Source: a virus. Taken from it: a DNA stretch of 64,000 nt. This document shows, in pieces, positions 46,123-55,588 of this stretch (its first letter is position 1; every line of letters starts with the position of its first letter). The notes beneath the pieces were generated by a model that saw only the letters and a program-made list of their open reading frames with translations, was not told the DNA's origin and did not search any database. Location of the stretch: the IMG/VR virus record IMGVR_UViG_3300046777_001387, positions 1 through 64,000 of that record, one strand, 5' to 3'. Made by a program: the position numbers and the translations under genes.

Positions 46123-47667
46123 ATGCCGACTAGTATTCAGGATTATTTGTCGAGCAGCCTTCCTTTAGGTCCGCAAGGATCTCAAGGAGTGCAAGGTGCT
46201 GTCGGTCTGCAAGGACCACAGGGTGCACAGGGAGTACAGGGAGAGATTGGCGCTCAGGGCGCTATTGGAGCACAAGGTGCAGTAGGAGCTCAGGGTGCAG
46301 CGGCAGCTGTAGGTGGTTCCACAACACAACTGCAGTATAACAACGCTGGAGTTTTTGCTGGCGCTGCTGGTCTGACAACTACTGGAACAGAACTGAATAT
46401 TGTCAGTGGCGCAAAGACTACTGATACACCTGCGCTGGATGTCAGTCAGACTTGGAGCAATGCTTCTGCGACATTTGCAGGATTTAGATTAAACGTCGCA
46501 GACTCTGCAAGCTCTTCTGGTTCATCGCTAACTGACTTACAAATTGGCGGAGCTAGCAAATTCAGAGTATATAAGTCAGGAACAATTGAACTTGGTGATA
46601 TGAGCTCAACTGGCACATATTTACAGCTGACATCAACAGCTATTTCTACCGGCAGAGGAGCAAGTGCTGGTTATCCTCAATTAGATATTAATGTGCCAAC
46701 AAACACCAATGGTTTGGGGCTTAATGGTCGCCTCAGAGTTTCTTCCAGTGCTATTAATGCCATGGGTCCGTTTTATCTTGCCATCAGTAATAATTATGGG
46801 ACCGAAGTTGCACTGCAGGCTGATGCTTCTAATATTTTCGCTCAGCGTAACGCGACCAATGCACAAACATTTAGAGTTTACAACACATTTACAGATACAG
46901 GTAATTATGAAAGGATTTCTTTTGGATGGGGGTCGAATGAATTTGTTATTGCTGCTGAATCTGCTGGTAGTGGAGTTACAAGACCATTTAAGCTTGTAAA
47001 CAATAATGCCCAACAGTGGTTATCTATAGGTCAGGGGTGCATTAATGGTGGATATTCAAATGAAACTTCTGCTAGAAATGGTATAACCTTAAATGGTCCT
47101 GGATTTATAGGATATGCTTCAGGAGGTGAACATTGGTTTAGTGCTGGATCTGGTAGTGGTAGTATAAGTAGTCCACCATCAGCTGGTAATGCGGTTATAA
47201 TCTCTCCCTTTGCTGTAACTAATAATACATTGACGCACAGATTTATGCCATCTAAAAAGGATCGTGGTGGTGCATATACTGGTAATGGTCATAATCTTGA
47301 AGTTGCTGGTGGTGAAGCGTCTTCTTCAGGAACAAACAGCTATGATGGTGGGCATTTATACTTGGATGGTGGAAGAAAAACTGGCGCCAATGCCAATGGT
47401 TCTGTTTTTATTGGAACTATTAGCACCGCTAACGTTAATATCAGTAGCGTAATAACTGTCACCGAATCTAGCCTAAGAGTTGGAACTTCGTCTTCTTCAC
47501 TAGTGGGCTTCTGGAATGCAACTCCTATTGTACAGCCAACCACTGGAGTTGCAGCTGCCACGATTGTGACTAATAGCGGAACAGGCGTAAATAATGCAAC
47601 AACCTTTGATGGCTACACATTAGCGCAGGTTGTCAAAGCTCTCAGAAATGCTGGACTATTGGCATAA
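46123..47667 (+). CDS. Fibre/decoration protein (short collagen, head-fibre-like C-terminus)
   Basis: GGSTTQLQYNNAG; C-terminal DGYTLAQVVKALRNAGLLA. Confidence 0.65.
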   Translation: MPTSIQDYLSSSLPLGPQGSQGVQGAVGLQGPQGAQGVQGEIGAQGAIGAQGAVGAQGAAAAVGGSTTQLQYNNAGVFAGAAGLTTTGTELNIVSGAKTTDTPALDVSQTWSNASATFAGFRLNVADSASSSGSSLTDLQIGGASKFRVYKSGTIELGDMSSTGTYLQLTSTAISTGRGASAGYPQLDINVPTNTNGLGLNGRLRVSSSAINAMGPFYLAISNNYGTEVALQADASNIFAQRNATNAQTFRVYNTFTDTGNYERISFGWGSNEFVIAAESAGSGVTRPFKLVNNNAQQWLSIGQGCINGGYSNETSARNGITLNGPGFIGYASGGEHWFSAGSGSGSISSPPSAGNAVIISPFAVTNNTLTHRFMPSKKDRGGAYTGNGHNLEVAGGEASSSGTNSYDGGHLYLDGGRKTGANANGSVFIGTISTANVNISSVITVTESSLRVGTSSSSLVGFWNATPIVQPTTGVAAATIVTNSGTGVNNATTFDGYTLAQVVKALRNAGLLA

Positions 47668-47676
47668 GGTAATTAA

Positions 47677-50600
47677 ATGGCTGTAAGCATTCAAACAATC
47701 ACACAAAGCAGTTTGCCTGCAGGACCACAAGGTGTGCAGGGTCCTCAAGGACCAGCGGGAGCATCTTCTACCCCCGGTGGTAATAACACAGAACTACAGT
47801 ACAATAATAACGGTGTATTTGCCGGCGCTTCTGGTCTGACCACTACAGGGACAGAACTGAACATTGCTTCTGGCATCAAGACGCTGAATACTTCTCCGGC
47901 AATAAACGTTTCTCAAACTTGGGATAATTCTGGAAACACATTCACTGCAATCAGATTAAATGTCACTGACACTGCAAGCGCCACTGGTTCTTTGCTATTT
48001 GATGGTAGGGTGGATAATGCCAGCGTGTTTACCGTCGACAAATCTGGTGGCGTTTATTCTTTGCTTGGAGCAATTTTAGGCAATAACAAATGGTCATTAG
48101 CACAAGCTAGATTTGCTGGAAATGCTTCTTATTATATTGGTTGGGCAAGCACGAGCACAGTCAGTAACTCCACCACACCAGATACTCGATTGTATCGCGA
48201 TGAAGCGTATACCATAGCCCAGCGAAATGCCACAAATCCTCAGAGTTTTCGAGTTTATAAAACCTTCACAGATGCAGATAATTATGAAAGAGGTTTCCTG
48301 CGTTGGAACGGTAATATTTTTGAAGTTGGTGACGAGGGAGCCGGCTCAGGTGTTTCTAGACAGCTGCGCCTAGTTGCAGCAAATGTCAGTTTCTCTACCA
48401 ATATCGAGGGCGGAAATTCCAGAACAAATCCAAACCTAATCAATTCGGCGTTCGCAATCACAAATACTGGTGCGTTTAACGCTAGCAATATGATCGGGTT
48501 GGTTAGTCGAGGTGAAAGTGCATATAATGCAGTTGGAGTTATTGGGTATGCTGCTAACTCCAGTACTTGGACATATAATACAACTGGATTAATGGGAGTC
48601 GCTGTTCGAAACTCTACAAGATCAGCGGTTGGCGTTTATGGTGCGATACAAAGCACCAATATTTTACCTGATTATGAGCACTATTCCCTATCTGCTGCTA
48701 TTTTTGATAATGGTGGTATAACAGGCGCAAATATTATTGAAGGCAGAAGTTCGGGGACATCTAGATTTTTGGTTAGTGGAGTTGGTGCAGTTACTGCAAA
48801 TAATGGCGCGATTACTGCTTCTACACCAGCATTAAACTTATTACAAGAATGGAATAATTCCGGCGTTGCGTTCACTGGATTAAAATTTAATGCTATAGAT
48901 ACAGCAAGCGCAAGTGGTTCACTTTTATTAGACGTGCAGCTTGGTGGTACTAGCAGATTTAAGGTTTCTCGCACTGGCGGAATTGCTACTGGTAATCCTT
49001 CTGGTTATAATCTAGATCTTGGTTTTACAAACAATAACTACATAACTGGTTTTTATCAAACTTCTAATCGTGGATCAATTGAGTTCGGTGCGGGTGCTGG
49101 TACAGATCTTGTTTGTAGAGCAGGAGCCTCAGGAGGAGGCACTGGAACATTTAAGATAACTGCTTATGGTGGAGTTACAGAAGTTGTCAATGATGGTAAC
49201 CCCCAAATATTTCGCATCTATAACACTTGGACAAACTCATCAGACCAATTCGAACGTGGACATATTCGATGGAACTCTAACGTTCTGCAAATTGGAACTG
49301 AGAAGGGTTCGGTCTCTGGAACGGCTCGACCACTAGAACTTCAAACTGATGGGATCACCAGAGCTACTATAGAAGCTGCAGGCACATTCAGAACTAACAC
49401 ACAACCAGTATATGTCAACGCCACGTATAACACTGGAATTTCTTCTAGTGCTGATGGATATGTTCTCTCAATTTCTACCAGATACGGTACTCATATCGAC
49501 ACTTCGCTTGGGCGTATCAATCTTTATTCCATTGTAAAATTTGGTGCTGCCAATTATTCACCCGGAATAACTGTTGCTCCATATGCGACTGGTCTATCTA
49601 CAGGCGATCCGATTTATGGTGGTCTATTAAACGCTTCTTCATCTACCTCTAGTCTATGGCTTTATGGTAAATATGGTGGAACTTATGCAGCTTCTACTGG
49701 ATACCATAATGGAACAGGAATTTCCATTTGGTGTGGTTTTGGTGCACAACCAACGGATGCTAATGCCAATGGCGGAAATGCTGGCAACTTCGATGTTTGG
49801 CTAAATGCTGGTGGAGCTGGTACAGGAACAGGTGTTTCTGGAAATCGTGGAAAGCTGCGTGTACTTAATGATTCTACTGACCTTGAAGTGTTCTCTGTTA
49901 ACCAGCTCGGTAATGTTGTAATTACATCGGCTATTACTGGCGATAACGGAACTCTGACTTCTTCTTCACCAATTTTAGATTTATCACAAACATGGAATGA
50001 TGCAGGAACCGCATTCGTTGGTTTGCGATTTAATGTTGTTCGTACTGCTTATGGCGCGAGCAGCAGATTACTGTCTCTTACGGCTGATTCGGGCGATCGC
50101 TTTTTTGTAACCAGCACAGGAGAAGCCACACTTCTTGGAACTCTGACCGCAGGAGCGTTTACAACCACAGGAACAGTTACTGCCGGAACAGTACTCGTAA
50201 CTGGAAGCTCAAATTATGTTGCATTAAACGGCAGTTCATTTTTGCAGCTTTCTGATGGAACTTATCCTGCTCGAATGCAGGCTGATGGAAACGGGTATAA
50301 TGTCTCTTTGCGAAATGGAACGAATCCACACAGTTTCTTAGTATACAACACATTTGTCAACTCTACCAACTATGAGCGCGGATTCCTTAAGTGGGACAGC
50401 AACACCTTCAAGATCGGCACTGAGAAAGGCAGCGGCGGAGGGACATCGCGTGCGCTGGAGCTGCAGACAGATGGTGTGACGCGAGCAGTGTTTTCTACCG
50501 CACCTTCAGGCACAATTCCCATTGCTCGCTTTACTGGCAATTCTGGGGCGCATATTTCTATCGAAAATACTAGCGCCACAAGCTCTGGTAATGGTGCGTT

Positions 50601-51078
50601 TTGTTTTCTTGTCTCAAATCCCCCAAGCGGCGCAATGGCAAACGGCGATCGTATTGGTGGGTTTGTTTTCGCTGGCAATTCTGCCACCGGCGTCTCTAGA
50701 AACAGCGCGCTGATTGCTGCCTTTGCCACGCAGGCATGGAACGACACCACGCCGCAGGCGGGAGCCGAGCTTCGGTTTGAGACCACTAATAACGGTACTA
50801 TAACTAGAACGGTGAAGCTAACGTTGGGCAGCGCCGCAACCTTTGCTGACGCGGTCAACATCGCAGTCGGCACCTCTACCGGCACAAAGATTGCTACAGC
50901 AACCTCCCAGAAGCTGGGCTTCTGGAATGCAACTCCAGTAGTTCAACCAACAACAGCAGTAACAGGAGCAGAACGTGTTGCCGGTGGTGGCGCAACAGTA
51001 ACTGCCACTGATACATTCGATGGATACACAATCGCACAAGTAGTCGCAGCACTGCGTAGTGCTGGACTATTAGCTTAA
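47677..51078 (+). CDS. Fibre/decoration protein, paralogue of the 46123 gene with three module repeats
   Basis: Same N- and C-terminal motifs; repeated SQTW..F..LN and FR.YNT...ERG blocks. Confidence 0.7.
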   Translation: MAVSIQTITQSSLPAGPQGVQGPQGPAGASSTPGGNNTELQYNNNGVFAGASGLTTTGTELNIASGIKTLNTSPAINVSQTWDNSGNTFTAIRLNVTDTASATGSLLFDGRVDNASVFTVDKSGGVYSLLGAILGNNKWSLAQARFAGNASYYIGWASTSTVSNSTTPDTRLYRDEAYTIAQRNATNPQSFRVYKTFTDADNYERGFLRWNGNIFEVGDEGAGSGVSRQLRLVAANVSFSTNIEGGNSRTNPNLINSAFAITNTGAFNASNMIGLVSRGESAYNAVGVIGYAANSSTWTYNTTGLMGVAVRNSTRSAVGVYGAIQSTNILPDYEHYSLSAAIFDNGGITGANIIEGRSSGTSRFLVSGVGAVTANNGAITASTPALNLLQEWNNSGVAFTGLKFNAIDTASASGSLLLDVQLGGTSRFKVSRTGGIATGNPSGYNLDLGFTNNNYITGFYQTSNRGSIEFGAGAGTDLVCRAGASGGGTGTFKITAYGGVTEVVNDGNPQIFRIYNTWTNSSDQFERGHIRWNSNVLQIGTEKGSVSGTARPLELQTDGITRATIEAAGTFRTNTQPVYVNATYNTGISSSADGYVLSISTRYGTHIDTSLGRINLYSIVKFGAANYSPGITVAPYATGLSTGDPIYGGLLNASSSTSSLWLYGKYGGTYAASTGYHNGTGISIWCGFGAQPTDANANGGNAGNFDVWLNAGGAGTGTGVSGNRGKLRVLNDSTDLEVFSVNQLGNVVITSAITGDNGTLTSSSPILDLSQTWNDAGTAFVGLRFNVVRTAYGASSRLLSLTADSGDRFFVTSTGEATLLGTLTAGAFTTTGTVTAGTVLVTGSSNYVALNGSSFLQLSDGTYPARMQADGNGYNVSLRNGTNPHSFLVYNTFVNSTNYERGFLKWDSNTFKIGTEKGSGGGTSRALELQTDGVTRAVFSTAPSGTIPIARFTGNSGAHISIENTSATSSGNGAFCFLVSNPPSGAMANGDRIGGFVFAGNSATGVSRNSALIAAFATQAWNDTTPQAGAELRFETTNNGTITRTVKLTLGSAATFADAVNIAVGTSTGTKIATATSQKLGFWNATPVVQPTTAVTGAERVAGGGATVTATDTFDGYTIAQVVAALRSAGLLA

Positions 51079-51088
51079 GGAGATTTTA

Positions 51089-51424
51089 ATGGCTACGTTT
51101 AATCTAAGAATCACTGGCGTCTCGGCTTATCCAACAGTGGATAATCTAGAGAATGTTGTATTTGATATTCACTGGGCATATGAAGGAACAGACGGCACCT
51201 TCTCAACTGCAATGTCTGGCACTACTATGGTTCCAGCCCCAAGTGCAGAAAATTTTGTTCCCTTCGATCAGCTGACAGAACAGATGGTCAAAGACTGGGT
51301 TATTGCCTTCACAGACGCCCAGACTTTCACCAATTTTGAGAATCTAATGACTGATTGGCTTGCTGCCCAGCATAATCCTCCCGTCGTGTATCCTCCACTC
51401 CCTTGGGCGACGGCAAACACTTAA
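51089..51424 (+). CDS. Small fibre-associated protein
   Basis: LENVV..IHW...GTDG...FVPFDQLTE..V..WV...LPW. Confidence 0.65.
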   Translation: MATFNLRITGVSAYPTVDNLENVVFDIHWAYEGTDGTFSTAMSGTTMVPAPSAENFVPFDQLTEQMVKDWVIAFTDAQTFTNFENLMTDWLAAQHNPPVVYPPLPWATANT

Positions 51425-51444
51425 TTGATCGATCGCATAAATAA

Positions 51445-51466
51445 AGGGGGTCTGATCAGACCCCCT
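51445..51466. repeat. Perfect 22-bp palindrome
   Basis: AGGGGGTCTGATCAGACCCCCT immediately after ATAAATA. Confidence 0.85.
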
Positions 51467-51490
51467 AGATCTTTTAAGAGTTAAAAAAGA

Positions 51491-54400
51491 ATGTCTATTA
51501 CCCTCGAAGATATCCTCCAAAGTAGCCTTCCCGTCGGTCCACAGGGCATTCAGGGAGCTCAAGGCAATCAAGGCGTTCAAGGTTCTCAAGGCAATCAAGG
51601 AGTTCAAGGTTCTCAAGGTCCCCAAGGCGCACAAGGTGTGCAAGGAGCCCAAGGCGTTCAGGGATCGCAGGGTGTACAAGGTTCGCAAGGAGTTCAAGGC
51701 GCACAAGGTGTGCAAGGAGCCCAAGGCTACCAAGGATTTGATGGTCTTAAGGGATGGACTTTAAAGACTTCTAATTATAACGCTTCTAGTAATGATCGCA
51801 TTATTGCGGATTCTAGCGGCGGCTCTTTTGTAATCTATCTTCCTACTACTCCTCCTGTTGGCTCATATGTTCAAATTACTGATGGAGCTAACTGGAATCT
51901 CAATAGTGTCACGGTAAATTCTAGCGGAACAATTATCGAATCTGGTTTCGATGAGGTTATTCTAGATGCTGCCGGCATAACCACTGAGTTCATTTATACT
52001 GGAACAAATTGGCAAGTCACCTCTACGCTAGGTGCAATGGGTTCCCAAGGATTTCAAGGCACTCAAGGAGCAACTGGTGCACAAGGCTCTCCCGGTCCTC
52101 AAGGTGCGCAAGGTCTCACGGGCGATAGATATGCCACTACCAGTTCTAGCACAAATACTATCGGAACTGGTTCTAAGACATTCACAGTAGAAACTGGACT
52201 TTCTTACACTCCTGGTCAAGCTGTAAAAGTTTATTATGATATTTCTAATTATATGGACGGCACAGTCGTCTCATATAATTCTGGGACTGGAAGTCTGGTA
52301 TTAAGTATTTCGGCAGTGACCGGAACAGGAACATATAGTTCTTGGGTTGTTAATCTTTCCGCTATTACCGGCGCACAAGGTTCACAAGGTATTCAAGGCG
52401 TCACTGGTGCACAAGGCGTTCAAGGTTCTATCGGAGCACAGGGCGCACAGGGTTCTCAAGGAACACAAGGTCCCCAAGGTGCAGCAGGTGTGCAAGGCGC
52501 TCAGGGTGCATCGGGTGCACAAGGTGCTCAGGGTGCTGCTGGTACTCAAGGTGCCCAAGGTTCTGTGGGCGCACAAGGTGCTCAAGGATCAGTGGGTGCT
52601 CAGGGTGCTCAGGGTGCTGCTGGGACTCAAGGCGCACAGGGGACGACAGGAGCACAAGGAGCGCAAGGTTCTGCTGGAGTTCAGGGTGCACAAGGTGCTC
52701 AGGGTATTCAAGGCGATCAAGGCGCAGTTGGTCCACAAGGTTCTGCTGGTCCACAAGGTGTGCAAGGTTCAACTGGAGCGCAAGGTGTACAGGGATCTGT
52801 AGGAGCTCAAGGCGCGCAAGGTTCAGAAGGTGCCCAAGGATCTGTTGGTGCGCAAGGTGTGCAAGGAACACAAGGTCCTCAAGGTGCAACAGGAGCGCAA
52901 GGTTCCGTTGGTGCTACCGGCAGTGAGGGTGCTGTCGGCGCTCAGGGTGCACAAGGTTCTGTTGGAGCACAGGGTTCTGTCGGAGCTCAAGGTGTTCAGG
53001 GATCTGTTGGAGCTCAAGGTGCGCAAGGTTCTGTTGGTGCACAGGGTGAACAAGGTGTCACCGGTGCGCAAGGTTCTGTTGGTGCACAAGGATCAGTCGG
53101 AACTCAAGGAGCACAAGGTGCTGCTGGAGCTCAAGGTTCTGTTGGTGCACAAGGATCTGTTGGAGCGCAAGGCGCACAGGGTGCTCAAGGTGCTGCTGGA
53201 GTGCAAGGCGCTCAAGGTGCAGTAGGTGCGCAAGGTACAGTTGGAACCCAAGGCGCACAGGGTGCTGTAGGTACTCAAGGATCTGCTGGAGCACAGGGTG
53301 CTCAAGGATCAGTTGGTCCACAAGGAGCGCAAGGCGCTACAGGAGCCACGGGCACTCAAGGTGCACAGGGCGCTTCTGGTGTACAAGGTGCTCAAGGATC
53401 TGTCGGAGCACAAGGTTCTGTCGGAGCACAAGGTGCAATTGGTCCGCAAGGCGCACAAGGTTCCACTGGAACAACTGGTTCTCAGGGTCCACAAGGAGCC
53501 CAAGGTGCCGCAGGTGTGCAAGGCGCTCAAGGTTCTGCCGGCGCACAGGGATCAGTAGGTGCTCAAGGCTCAGTTGGTCCGCAAGGTGCACAAGGTGCTA
53601 CTGGAACAACTGGAGCACAGGGATCAGTTGGCGCGCAAGGTGCCCAAGGTGCTAATGGAGTTCAGGGCGCGCAAGGTGCTGTCGGAGTTCAGGGTGCACA
53701 GGGTGCTACTGGAACAACTGGAGCGCAGGGATCAGTTGGTCCACAAGGTGCACAGGGTTCTGTTGGAGCTTCTGGCGCACAGGGATCAGTTGGTGCTCAA
53801 GGTGCAGTAGGTGCACAAGGAGCACAAGGCGCACAAGGCGCTACCGGTGTACAAGGTGCACAGGGTTCTGTTGGAACACAAGGATCAGTCGGAGCACAAG
53901 GATCAGTTGGTCCGCAAGGCGCTCAAGGATCTATCGGTGTACAGGGAGCACAAGGTGCTCAAGGCGCAGCTGGTGTTCAAGGCGCACAAGGCGCTACTGG
54001 AGTTCAAGGTGCTCAAGGTGCAGTTGGTCCGCAAGGTGCACAGGGTGCTAATGGAGTTCAAGGTGCTCAAGGCTCAGTTGGTCCACAAGGCGCACAGGGC
54101 GCTGCTGGTGTTCAGGGTGCAGTAGGCACTCAAGGTGCGCAAGGTGCTTCTGGAGTTCAAGGCTCAGTCGGTCCACAAGGAGCACAGGGTGCTGCTGGAG
54201 TTCAGGGTGCTCAAGGTGCGGTGGGCGTACAAGGTGCAATTGGTCCACAAGGCGCACAAGGTGCTGCCGGAGTTCAAGGTGCACAGGGTGCTGCTGGTGT
54301 GCAGGGAGCACAAGGTGCTGCCGGTGTTCAGGGTGCTAATGGAGTTCAAGGTGCACAGGGTGCCATAGGCGTTCAAGGTGCACAAGGTGCTAATGGAGTG

Positions 54401-55579
54401 CAAGGCGCTCAAGGTGCCATAGGCGTTCAAGGTGCACAAGGTGCTGCTGGATTCCAAGGTGCCCAAGGCTCAGTCGGTCCACAAGGCGCACAAGGCGCAC
54501 AAGGTGCTGGTGGAGTTCAAGGTGCGCAAGGAGCACAAGGTGCTGCTGGAGTCCAAGGTGCTCAGGGAGCACAAGGCGCTAATGGAGTTCAAGGTGCACA
54601 AGGTGCTGCTGGGATACAGGGAGCACAAGGTGCTGCTGGGGTACAAGGCGCTCAAGGAGCACAAGGTGCTGCTGGCGTACAAGGCTCAGTAGGCGCGCAA
54701 GGTGCAATTGGTCCACAAGGCGCACAAGGTGCTGGTGGAGTTCAAGGTGCGCAAGGAGCACAAGGTGCTGCTGGAGTTCAAGGTGCCCAAGGTGCTCAGG
54801 GAGCAGTAGGAGTCCAAGGCGCTCAGGGTGCTGCTGGTATACAAGGTGCTCAAGGAGCACAAGGCGCTAATGGAGTTCAAGGTGCTCAGGGAGCACAAGG
54901 TGCTGTGGGCGTTCAAGGCGCGCAAGGTGCTGCTGGAGTCCAAGGCGCTCAGGGAGCACAGGGTGCAGTAGGTGTTCAAGGCGCGCAGGGTGCGCAAGGT
55001 GCCGCAGGTGTTCAGGGCGCTCAAGGTGCTCAAGGTGCAGTAGGTGTGCAAGGTGCTCAAGGAGCGCAGGGCGCACAAGGAGCACAGGGTGCAGTAGGTG
55101 TTCAAGGCGCTCAAGGTGCTCAAGGTGCTGCTGGCGCACAAGGACAATCTTTTGTGGGGGCTCAAGGAGCGCAGGGCGCACAAGGAGCACAAGGAGCGCA
55201 GGGTTCTGTCGGAGCACAAGGTGCCCAAGGATCTCAGGGTCCTGCAACTTTCCGAGTTAGCTCCACAACCTCTATCGCATCTCCTCTAGCATGGAATAGT
55301 GACAACTTTGAAATGTATGCAGCAACTGCCCAAGCAGTTGCTCTGACCATTAGTGCTGATGCTGGAACGCCAACTAATGGTCGCAGAATTATCTTCAGAT
55401 TCAAGGACAATGGAACTGCAAGATCTCTAAACTGGACAACTGGAACGTCCAAATCATTCAGAGCAGTTGGTGCAACTCTCCCAACCACAACTGTAGTCAA
55501 TAAGACCGTATACATTGGTTGCATATATAACGCTGCAGACGACAGATGGGATGCTATTGCAGTATCGCAAGAAGCTTAA
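51491..55579 (+). CDS. Giant collagen-like fibre protein
   Basis: About 320 near-uninterrupted Gly-X-Y triplets (mostly G-X-Q) at ~52370-55243; globular C-terminal domain. Confidence 0.88.
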   Translation: MSITLEDILQSSLPVGPQGIQGAQGNQGVQGSQGNQGVQGSQGPQGAQGVQGAQGVQGSQGVQGSQGVQGAQGVQGAQGYQGFDGLKGWTLKTSNYNASSNDRIIADSSGGSFVIYLPTTPPVGSYVQITDGANWNLNSVTVNSSGTIIESGFDEVILDAAGITTEFIYTGTNWQVTSTLGAMGSQGFQGTQGATGAQGSPGPQGAQGLTGDRYATTSSSTNTIGTGSKTFTVETGLSYTPGQAVKVYYDISNYMDGTVVSYNSGTGSLVLSISAVTGTGTYSSWVVNLSAITGAQGSQGIQGVTGAQGVQGSIGAQGAQGSQGTQGPQGAAGVQGAQGASGAQGAQGAAGTQGAQGSVGAQGAQGSVGAQGAQGAAGTQGAQGTTGAQGAQGSAGVQGAQGAQGIQGDQGAVGPQGSAGPQGVQGSTGAQGVQGSVGAQGAQGSEGAQGSVGAQGVQGTQGPQGATGAQGSVGATGSEGAVGAQGAQGSVGAQGSVGAQGVQGSVGAQGAQGSVGAQGEQGVTGAQGSVGAQGSVGTQGAQGAAGAQGSVGAQGSVGAQGAQGAQGAAGVQGAQGAVGAQGTVGTQGAQGAVGTQGSAGAQGAQGSVGPQGAQGATGATGTQGAQGASGVQGAQGSVGAQGSVGAQGAIGPQGAQGSTGTTGSQGPQGAQGAAGVQGAQGSAGAQGSVGAQGSVGPQGAQGATGTTGAQGSVGAQGAQGANGVQGAQGAVGVQGAQGATGTTGAQGSVGPQGAQGSVGASGAQGSVGAQGAVGAQGAQGAQGATGVQGAQGSVGTQGSVGAQGSVGPQGAQGSIGVQGAQGAQGAAGVQGAQGATGVQGAQGAVGPQGAQGANGVQGAQGSVGPQGAQGAAGVQGAVGTQGAQGASGVQGSVGPQGAQGAAGVQGAQGAVGVQGAIGPQGAQGAAGVQGAQGAAGVQGAQGAAGVQGANGVQGAQGAIGVQGAQGANGVQGAQGAIGVQGAQGAAGFQGAQGSVGPQGAQGAQGAGGVQGAQGAQGAAGVQGAQGAQGANGVQGAQGAAGIQGAQGAAGVQGAQGAQGAAGVQGSVGAQGAIGPQGAQGAGGVQGAQGAQGAAGVQGAQGAQGAVGVQGAQGAAGIQGAQGAQGANGVQGAQGAQGAVGVQGAQGAAGVQGAQGAQGAVGVQGAQGAQGAAGVQGAQGAQGAVGVQGAQGAQGAQGAQGAVGVQGAQGAQGAAGAQGQSFVGAQGAQGAQGAQGAQGSVGAQGAQGSQGPATFRVSSTTSIASPLAWNSDNFEMYAATAQAVALTISADAGTPTNGRRIIFRFKDNGTARSLNWTTGTSKSFRAVGATLPTTTVVNKTVYIGCIYNAADDRWDAIAVSQEA

Positions 55580-55588
55580 TGACATAAT

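Noticed and set aside
51491-55579. CRISPR array, or real overlapping ORFs in the repeat regions
   Set aside because: The repeats have 9-nt coding periodicity. The alternative-frame and antisense ORFs (HKVLKV.., STLCTL..) are shadows of collagen codons.
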